From the IMG/VR virus record IMGVR_UViG_3300043395_004688: a stretch of DNA of 64,000 bases, one strand, 5' to 3'. Under the pieces are notes generated by a model. The model searched no databases and was not told the DNA's origin. It was given only the letters and a program-made list of their open reading frames with translations. Below, piece by piece: positions 57,458 through 64,000 of this stretch. Source of the DNA: a virus (lineage: Duplodnaviria; Caudoviricetes). Position 1 is the stretch's first letter. Every line of letters starts with the position of its first letter. The translations under genes were made by a program, and so were the position numbers.

Positions 57458-59278
57458 ATGGCAATTATTCCAGTTATACCCGGTGTACAAGTTGCAACCA
57501 AAGGGATTCTCAATAAGCCACTAAAGGACATTATTTGTGCTTTGCTTTTTGGTGGCCTGGCAAACATGCTCAAAGGACCTCTTTTGTGTATCCAAGCCGA
57601 CCTTGACAAGTTGATCACAGAAAACACTGGCCTACCGGGCATTAAAGATTTACAAAACGAACTGAAAGAATTAAAAAACGAACTCAAGGCTGCTGAAGAT
57701 CTGGCAGGAATCAAAGATACCCTGAATCGCATCAATGGTGCAATTGCTGAAGTTCAAAGTCTGTTGGCACTTGATGGTCTTTGTAAAATTCCAATGAAGG
57801 CTCCAAAGATACCAGATGTACTGGGACAAATCATTGATGCTGAATTTGCAGAAATGAATTCAATTTTAAAAGACATTGGAAGACTGGCCAAGCCGCAACT
57901 TTGCTTAAATGGAGATGGTGGAATTAACACTGGTAGTTATAATCCAGAAAGCATCTTGGGTAGCATACAAAAGCATGGCGGCCGCATGGCAGATATTCCC
58001 GGACAAAAAGTCAACGGATTGCTAAACAGAGTTAAAGGTATTAGAACTGCCTTAAACAAGTCAATCAATCGTCAATTGTTCCCTGACTTTAGACACAAAA
58101 CAAATTTGGTAACAGGCAAGCCATATGTGCCAGGACAAACTTTTGCTCAAGCCGGTTTAGTACCTGCTGGTGCATCAAATGCAAATACACCAGTGCCAGT
58201 CATTACCATGGCACCACCACCACCCTTATCAAATCAATGGAACGGTCCTTATCCACCATCCGAAACGCCAAATCTAAAAGAAGCCACAAATCAAGCCAAT
58301 GCAATAGTAGGTAATGTACGGAAGACAGCAAGCTATCCTGTCAAGACAGATGGCATTGTTACTACAAATATTTGGCCAGGGCTAGTTGGTCCTGAAGTTT
58401 ATGCCTTGGCAGTAACAGCACTAACACCACAGGATCCATTCTTTGCTCAGCAAGATCCTATCTACGATTACTGCGGAAAACTAATAGGCTATGAGTCCAC
58501 AGTGATTACAGGTGATCCAGCTGACGATGTTGGTGATCCAATCTTAGATGCAGAACTAAATCCTCCAGTAACCAACTTTAATTTTGTCTGGATACAAGAT
58601 CGTCAATGCTGGGGTGTTACCGGTGTTCAAAGCGAACAAATTATCAATGGCAGAAAAGACACATATCTAAACGCCAATCCAACTGTTGAATTAAGACGCG
58701 GTTATAGTCATACATTTGGCGTACCCAGTTCTGACATCGGTGGCTTTGTAGTCAACGGCGAAACAGTTAACCCTGCTTCAATAGCCCCTGAATTTTATAT
58801 TTGTTATGTCAATGCAGACCTAACGCCTAGACTACAAGACGGCAAAGTAGTAAAGTTTAATCTTGGGCTGAGCAGACTAGAAACATTTGAGTTATTAGAC
58901 GATGCCAATGGTATTGCTGGCAGCGAAGGTCTAGAAAGAAGATTAAACAACCCATTGGGAACCAACATTTACTTCCAAGCCGAAAATAAAGTTTACACAG
59001 GCGAAGAACCGCCTAATGCACCCAATGAAGAAGTGTGGTGGTTCCATCCAATAACCTGCGTGACTAAACGATGGGTTCTAAATAGATATACTGATGCCAG
59101 CGACCCAGACACATTTGGCGATGTCATTGATGGCAGCGGCCAATGGGTTGAAGTCACACAACAGGAACGCGAAGACCGCTGGTTTGGTTCTAGCAATATT
59201 GCCAATGACCCACATGTAAACTATCTTGCTTACAGCAACGAAGATGGAACAATTTTTGGATTGCTGAAGTTTGTTTAA
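57458..59278 (+). CDS. Large hypothetical late protein
   Basis: 606 aa; TAAGTA box at 57445; N-terminal coiled coil. Confidence 0.7.
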   Translation: MAIIPVIPGVQVATKGILNKPLKDIICALLFGGLANMLKGPLLCIQADLDKLITENTGLPGIKDLQNELKELKNELKAAEDLAGIKDTLNRINGAIAEVQSLLALDGLCKIPMKAPKIPDVLGQIIDAEFAEMNSILKDIGRLAKPQLCLNGDGGINTGSYNPESILGSIQKHGGRMADIPGQKVNGLLNRVKGIRTALNKSINRQLFPDFRHKTNLVTGKPYVPGQTFAQAGLVPAGASNANTPVPVITMAPPPPLSNQWNGPYPPSETPNLKEATNQANAIVGNVRKTASYPVKTDGIVTTNIWPGLVGPEVYALAVTALTPQDPFFAQQDPIYDYCGKLIGYESTVITGDPADDVGDPILDAELNPPVTNFNFVWIQDRQCWGVTGVQSEQIINGRKDTYLNANPTVELRRGYSHTFGVPSSDIGGFVVNGETVNPASIAPEFYICYVNADLTPRLQDGKVVKFNLGLSRLETFELLDDANGIAGSEGLERRLNNPLGTNIYFQAENKVYTGEEPPNAPNEEVWWFHPITCVTKRWVLNRYTDASDPDTFGDVIDGSGQWVEVTQQEREDRWFGSSNIANDPHVNYLAYSNEDGTIFGLLKFV

Positions 59279-59322
59279 CCCTAACCCACATTATCTGGTT
59301 GGCCTTTTGAAAAATAGCTAAC

Positions 59323-59353
59323 TTGACAATACTAGGCAACTGTAGTATAAATA
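59323..59353 (+). promoter_or_regulatory. Dual sigma70/late promoter for tmRNA
   Basis: TTGACA-17-TATAAA, where the -10 box is also TATAAATA. Confidence 0.85.
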
Positions 59354-59358
59354 TCTTT

Positions 59359-59634
59359 ATTGCTGTATGAAGCAACGAAAAAGGTGTTCTGGACGCCGGG
59401 GCAGTACCGGCCAGGTCCACCATAAGCATATTGGACAAATGGATACAACTAATATGCTTATGATGGGCCTGAACTAGGATCGACAGGGCAATGAGTATTG
59501 AAGTGGACAGCAGGGTAGGCGATGACCCTAAATCAAGCAAACTCAATAATTGCAAACGACAATTATTACTCTGAGGATCTACGCCTAGCGGCGTAACCCA
59601 GCGGGGCAGGAAAGGCCTTGTAACCCAACAAACC
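59359..59634 (+). ncRNA. ssrA: Two-piece (circularly permuted) tmRNA
   Basis: T-arm and CAGGTCC-ACCA (ends 59422), then a hairpin intervening segment, then GGGCCTG (59465) with a G3-U pair and GGATCGAC. Tag ANDNYYSEDLRLAA* at 59552-59596. Confidence 0.93.
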
Positions 59635-59662
59635 AAGAAAGCCCACTTCGGTGGGCTTTCTT
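59635..59662 (+). terminator. tmRNA terminator
   Basis: aagaaagcccac-ttcg-gtgggctttctt. Confidence 0.9.
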
Positions 59663-59677
59663 AGTGTAAATACCTAT

Positions 59678-60649
59678 ATGAGAAAATTCTTCTGTCCTGC
59701 GCCCTGGCGTTCAATTTATTATCATGTTGACAAAGCAGCAGTATGTTGTGTCAGTGCTAAGAAATTTAGCATGACACCAATGCAATTTGTTAACAGTGAT
59801 TATCTCAAAGAGCTAAGGCAAAAATTTTTAAACGAGGAATTTGACGACACCTGTATTACCTGCAAACGCTTAGAGGACGCAGGTTTACAAAGTGTTAGAC
59901 AGCACATGGTTGGGCTATATGGAGAGAACATAACTTCTACTATAGATTACATGGAACTACGGACCAGCAATCTTTGTAATTTTCAATGTAAGATGTGCAA
60001 TGCAGAGTCAAGTTCATTGATTGCAAACGAAGTTTTTAACATAACAGATGAAAACTTCAATGAAATATTACTAATTGCTCAAAATTTAAAAACTCTAGTG
60101 CTCACTGGTGGCGAACCAATGCTGATAAAGCATTACTATGAGTTATTAGATCATTTAGCAATGCTTGGCAAACCAGATCTCAACCTACGCATATACACAA
60201 ATGCCAGCGTATACAATCCAATTTTTATAGAAAAGATTTTGAAGTTCAACACTAGGCTACATTTAAGCATTGACGCAGTAGGTGACACAGCAGTTGCACA
60301 ACGAACTGGGACCAACTGGACAGTAGTCAACGAAAATGTCAATAAGTTTTTAGAGCTTCCAATCCGTATTCAATTCCATACCACTCTGACCACAATATCA
60401 TTGTCAGACATTCATTCTTTGGCAAAGTATTTTTTTGATATAGCAACTAAAAAACCATCATGCACTTTTAATATTCATACAGCACGCCGGCCAGCACACT
60501 TGTCTGTGTTTAACATCGACAAAGACGAAATCCCAAAAACTGTTGAAAGCATTGATGCTGCATTAGAGATTCTTACTTTACCAAATTTTAACCAGTTTAG
60601 AAATCAACTGATATCTTGCCGCCGCGCCATAACTGCCAAACTCAAATAA
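59678..60649 (+). CDS. Radical SAM protein with N-terminal SPASM/Twitch-like Cys cluster
   Basis: CNFQCKMC, GGEP and YTN motifs; N-terminal CPAPW...CC...C..C. Confidence 0.88.
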   Translation: MRKFFCPAPWRSIYYHVDKAAVCCVSAKKFSMTPMQFVNSDYLKELRQKFLNEEFDDTCITCKRLEDAGLQSVRQHMVGLYGENITSTIDYMELRTSNLCNFQCKMCNAESSSLIANEVFNITDENFNEILLIAQNLKTLVLTGGEPMLIKHYYELLDHLAMLGKPDLNLRIYTNASVYNPIFIEKILKFNTRLHLSIDAVGDTAVAQRTGTNWTVVNENVNKFLELPIRIQFHTTLTTISLSDIHSLAKYFFDIATKKPSCTFNIHTARRPAHLSVFNIDKDEIPKTVESIDAALEILTLPNFNQFRNQLISCRRAITAKLK

Positions 60650-60726
60650 GACAAGTTGCCAATTTTTTCTTGACATTGCCAATGTCTTGTGTTAGAATAT
60701 AAAATGACTTGTAAAGCGGATTTTTT

Positions 60727-61281
60727 ATGGCAATAGAAAGCAAGACTTGGATCACCAGCGACATCCATTTTTATCACCACAATATCTTAAAGTATTGTGC
60801 TGACTCGCGCCCCTACAGCGATGCCACGGAAATGAATGAGGTGATTGTTAGTCAATGGAATGCTATAATCAGTCCTATTGATCGAGTTTACATTCTAGGT
60901 GATGTTGCATTTGCAGATGCTCAAAGGTCTGCTCGTATTGTCAACAGGTGCTTTGGTGAAAAGATTTTAATTACAGGAAATCATGATACCAAAAATCTCA
61001 ATGACTATAACTACAGGTCTTGTTTTTCTCAAATTCACAATTACCTAACTGTGAATCACAAGGGAACTTTTGTAGTAATGTTCCATTATCCAATTTGGGA
61101 ATGGGACCAAATGCATCAAGGTTCGGTACACTTTCATGGTCACTTGCATGGTCGTCCACATGGAATTCAAGGACGCATCATGGATGTAGGCATGGATCTC
61201 AATGGGTGTACTCCGTTTTTGTTAGATGATGTGGTAAAACAGGCTCTACAGCAGCCTATACGCCAACATTATGCAAGGTAG
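60727..61281 (+). CDS. Calcineurin-like metallophosphoesterase
   Basis: SDIH, LGD, GNHD, HYP and HGHLH. Promoter TTGACA-17-TAGAAT at 60670-60698. Confidence 0.92.
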   Translation: MAIESKTWITSDIHFYHHNILKYCADSRPYSDATEMNEVIVSQWNAIISPIDRVYILGDVAFADAQRSARIVNRCFGEKILITGNHDTKNLNDYNYRSCFSQIHNYLTVNHKGTFVVMFHYPIWEWDQMHQGSVHFHGHLHGRPHGIQGRIMDVGMDLNGCTPFLLDDVVKQALQQPIRQHYAR

Positions 61282-61359
61282 TTTGGAAATTACCCAGCAA
61301 AAATCGTGGTAAATACTAGTATGCAGTTTCCACTGCATTTTTTAAAGGAAATTAAACTA

Positions 61360-61923
61360 ATGAAGAAGCTATTTGTAATTGCGGCACTTGCCGTAGCCAC
61401 TCTGAGTGGTCAGGCTATTGCAGCCGATTCCGTTACCTTGGAAGGTCAATCCATTCAGGGTCGTGATGGTGCTGCTGATGCCAAAAACTTTAACATGACT
61501 GTTCGTAGAGACATCAACTCTATTCTAAGTGGACATGTTCAAGCTAGTGGCACACAGACTGACACTACAAATGCACTGACAAATCGACTAGAGGCTGGCC
61601 TAACAGCTTCCATCAAGCTTGTTGGTCCATTCAGTGGGTACACAACAGTCGCAGCCGGTGAAGCGTTTAGAGCTGTGGGCAACTACAGTTACTATTCTGT
61701 GGAGCCTGGCGTTCGTGCTGCCCTTGGTGCTGGCCTTTCGGCCCATGCTGGTTATCGCTATCGTGCTGCCTTTGATAGCGCCATTGCTGATACTACCAGT
61801 ACAGCTCGCGTAGGTCTGTCTTATGCCATTACCAAGCAAGACAGCATTGGTGTTCGCTATGACAGAGTCATGCAAGATGCCAAGCAAGATGTTTTTGCAT
61901 TGAACTACACTCGTAGTTTCTAA
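61360..61923 (+). CDS. Outer-membrane beta-barrel protein
   Basis: Signal peptide MKKLFVIAALAVATLSGQAIA, amphipathic strands and C-terminal LNYTRSF. Confidence 0.85.
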   Translation: MKKLFVIAALAVATLSGQAIAADSVTLEGQSIQGRDGAADAKNFNMTVRRDINSILSGHVQASGTQTDTTNALTNRLEAGLTASIKLVGPFSGYTTVAAGEAFRAVGNYSYYSVEPGVRAALGAGLSAHAGYRYRAAFDSAIADTTSTARVGLSYAITKQDSIGVRYDRVMQDAKQDVFALNYTRSF

Positions 61924-61950
61924 GCCAATCTAAATTAGATTAGTTTAGCC

Positions 61951-61983
61951 AAAGCCACCGTAACTGGTGGCTTTGTTCTTTTT
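61951..61983 (+). terminator. Rho-independent terminator
   Basis: aaagccacc-gtaact-ggtggcttt followed by a T-rich tail. Confidence 0.75.
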
Positions 61984-62043
61984 ATGCACAGTAAGTATAG
62001 TGCATAGACATTAGTCGTGCAACACACTCACAGGAGAAATAAA

Positions 62044-62316
62044 ATGAGTAACTCAACTCAAGCCACAAATGGCTACATGATTCGTTTGGAAGTGCTAAAG
62101 ATGGCACTGGGAATTGTTGAACAAGAATTCCACACCAAGCGAGATGTTATCCAATCTCAATTTCAAATGGCCGTTGACTTTGCGCGAGCAAAGGCCAACG
62201 CACAAGGCTATTCGGATGTTGAATTCCCAACCCAACCGGAATTGCCAGCGTTTCCAACGCCAGAAGAAATTAAGAACAAGGCCAGTGAATTGTACCAATT
62301 CATAACCACAAAGTAA
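62044..62316 (+). CDS. Hypothetical protein
   Basis: SD AGGAG; IRLEVLKMA...FPTPEEI..KASELYQFI is a recurrent phage motif. Confidence 0.75.
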   Translation: MSNSTQATNGYMIRLEVLKMALGIVEQEFHTKRDVIQSQFQMAVDFARAKANAQGYSDVEFPTQPELPAFPTPEEIKNKASELYQFITTK

Positions 62317-62424
62317 TGTAGCCATAAGGGGTCTATGTGGTAACATATCATATAGACTTCCTAGCAGACTAATGTTATAATGATATCAGCATCACAAAGT
62401 GATGTATAAGAAAAGGAAACTAAA

Positions 62425-62703
62425 ATGTTGAAGAAGTTCGATGAAACCACCAAGCAGTATAAGCTGTTCCGTGCTCTTGTAATTAACGGTGAGTCTCTCA
62501 CCGAAGCCGCTATCCAGAAGCGTTTTGGCATCAAGAACCCTACCGCTACAATCAGCCAGATTCGTCAGCGTGGTTATGCTGTTTATGCTAACAGCCGTAA
62601 GGCTGGCAACGGCGTTCAGGTTACTGAATACCGTCATGGTGAAGCCAGCCGCAAGATGGTTGCTCTTGCTTATAAGGCACAGAGCATGGGCATCACAGTC
62701 TAA
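62425..62703 (+). CDS. Small winged-HTH DNA-binding protein
   Basis: LTEAAIQKRFGIKNPTATISQIRQRGY; GC3-rich codons; own promoter and terminator. Confidence 0.75.
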   Translation: MLKKFDETTKQYKLFRALVINGESLTEAAIQKRFGIKNPTATISQIRQRGYAVYANSRKAGNGVQVTEYRHGEASRKMVALAYKAQSMGITV

Positions 62704-62733
62704 TATAGTAGCTCAAGCTATTAATTAGACAAG

Positions 62734-62764
62734 AAAGGCTCGCTGGCAACAGCGAGCTTTTTTC
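62734..62764 (+). terminator. Rho-independent terminator
   Basis: ggctcgctg-gcaa-cagcgagct followed by a T tract. Confidence 0.85.
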
Positions 62765-62804
62765 TTAGGTTGACAATGATTTTTCTTTAGGGTAAAATAC
62801 TAGT

Positions 62805-63023
62805 ATGAAGAAGTTGGAAATTGACAAAGAAACAGCGGACCGCATTACGGTCCTCAACCTCAAAGACTATCGTTCTTATCTTAAGAAGGAGTTGTCTGAA
62901 TGGAAGAAGAATCCTCATTCTGATGACAATCCTACTGGTGTATGGATGCACCCAGAAGATGTCAGCGGTAACATTCTCAGAATAGAAGCACTAAATTTGA
63001 TTATTAAAGACTACGGAGCGTAA
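62805..63023 (+). CDS. Hypothetical early protein (leaderless)
   Basis: TTGACA-17-TAAAAT at 62770-62798, with the ATG 6 nt downstream. Confidence 0.75.
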   Translation: MKKLEIDKETADRITVLNLKDYRSYLKKELSEWKKNPHSDDNPTGVWMHPEDVSGNILRIEALNLIIKDYGA

Positions 63024-63024
63024 C

Positions 63025-63618
63025 ATGAATCAAGATTTAGATACAAAATTGTGTACTGACTTTCCTAAAATTTTTCGTGATCGAAATGCACCAATGACCC
63101 AAACTTGTATGTGCTGGGGATTTGATCACGGAGATGGTTGGTATAATATTATTAGAAATGCTTGCTCACTGATTCAAAGCCACATTGACTGGACTAGAAA
63201 TGATCGCGCTCGTACACTGAGGTTTAATCGTGCTCTGCGTCAGGCCATTGCTGGTAACCGCGCAGCCTTGATGCGTTTTTATTCCACGGGCGGCCGCAAA
63301 CCCAGCGAATGGTTTTTGAATCAGATTGAAGAAGAAATTGCAGAGAAAAAATTTCGTAAGGTAAAGCCTGCATGTCCACAAGTTGTAGCAACACAAATCA
63401 AAGAAAAATTTGGCACTTTGCGTTTTTACTACAACGGTGGTGATGACATGGTTGACGGAGTAGTGCGTATGGCCGAAGCGATGTCTGCCGTAACCTGTGA
63501 AACCTGCGGCAATGAAGGCAAAACTCGTAGTGGTGGATGGATCCGTACACTCTGTGACGAACACGAAAAGGCTTATCAAGAACGCAATGGTATTGCTGTA
63601 GGTGACGACAATGAGTAA
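63025..63618 (+). CDS. Conserved phage hypothetical protein
   Basis: CWGF...DGW...QIKEKFGTLRFYY...TCETCG...GWIRTLC. Confidence 0.8.
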   Translation: MNQDLDTKLCTDFPKIFRDRNAPMTQTCMCWGFDHGDGWYNIIRNACSLIQSHIDWTRNDRARTLRFNRALRQAIAGNRAALMRFYSTGGRKPSEWFLNQIEEEIAEKKFRKVKPACPQVVATQIKEKFGTLRFYYNGGDDMVDGVVRMAEAMSAVTCETCGNEGKTRSGGWIRTLCDEHEKAYQERNGIAVGDDNE

Positions 63619-63832
63619 AATTAATTGGGAACTGTGTGGTGCAATCACAGCATTGTGTGTTTGCGTGTATATGTTGTTTACAATTCCAATGCCTAGCTAT
63701 AGAGTATACGACTGCAGGATAGCAGAGATTAGTCCTGACTTTCCACTAAAGGCCAAGGAAGAATGTAGGAAACAGTATGCCAACACCAGGTGGAACCCTA
63801 TAGCACCTGCTCAAGCCAGCGAAGAAAAATGA
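63611..63832 (+). CDS. Small membrane-anchored hypothetical protein
   Basis: N-terminal TM helix; YDCRIAEISPDFP motif. Confidence 0.65.
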   Translation: MSKINWELCGAITALCVCVYMLFTIPMPSYRVYDCRIAEISPDFPLKAKEECRKQYANTRWNPIAPAQASEEK

Positions 63833-64000
63833 AAACTGTATTTTATAAAAAGGTTGGTCGTCGATATGTTCCGGTAAGTGAGTACGACTCGCAACTGTGC
63901 GATGCCTTTCCCAAAGGCGATCACTTGGTTCAATGTTATCCAGGTGGAAGTCTGCGGAGGTTCAATGTTAATCCTAAGCTTGCACCAATGATTGCGGCTG
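63829..64000 (+). CDS. Hypothetical protein (3'-truncated)
   Basis: ATGA overlap; MKTVFYKKVGRRYVPVSEYD... is open to the window end. Confidence 0.65.
   Translation, partial: MKTVFYKKVGRRYVPVSEYDSQLCDAFPKGDHLVQCYPGGSLRRFNVNPKLAPMIAA

Noticed and set aside
59190-59636. 148-aa minus-strand ORF
   Set aside because: It is antisense to the well-supported tmRNA and the end of the 606-aa gene.
63602-63832. Spanin interpretation of the small TM/Cys protein
   Set aside because: There is no clear lipobox and no nested o-spanin partner.
1-64000. tRNA genes and alternative genetic code
   Set aside because: No cloverleaf other than the tmRNA tRNA-like domain was recognised by eye (tRNAscan-SE would confirm). 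Genes are intact under code 11, and TAA, TGA and TAG all serve as stops.

Overview
This is a gene-dense 64-kb segment of a large T4-like (myovirus-type) lytic phage genome, read with the standard genetic code. From left to right it carries: two repetitive tail-fibre genes and a glycosyltransferase/Nudix module; neck, sheath, tube, head-completion and terminase genes (gp15, gp14, gp13, gp18, gp19, gp4, gp16-like, gp17); an inverted collagen-like fibre cassette; and replication/recombination genes (gp32, uvsX, uvsY, uvsW, gp62-like, primase, gp41). Further right are a block of probable capsid-internal/ejection proteins, nrdAB plus glutaredoxin, a PAAR-peptidoglycan hydrolase module, a two-piece (permuted) alphaproteobacterial-type tmRNA, a radical SAM protein, a phosphoesterase, an outer-membrane beta-barrel and small early genes. 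The permuted tmRNA and many leaderless genes suggest an alphaproteobacterial host (inference). The most notable observations are: (1) a 199-aa minimal family-C (DnaE) polymerase core with a Shine-Dalgarno-led 64-codon gene overprinted inside it; (2) the permuted tmRNA; (3) a 1074-aa probable capsid-packaged polyprotein ending in a KxDG ligase-like domain; (4) a pseudoknotted leader occluding the RBS of a holin-like gene; and (5) an IHF/operator/tandem-promoter locus in front of an AAA+ ATPase. All family assignments come from recalled motifs, not database searches.
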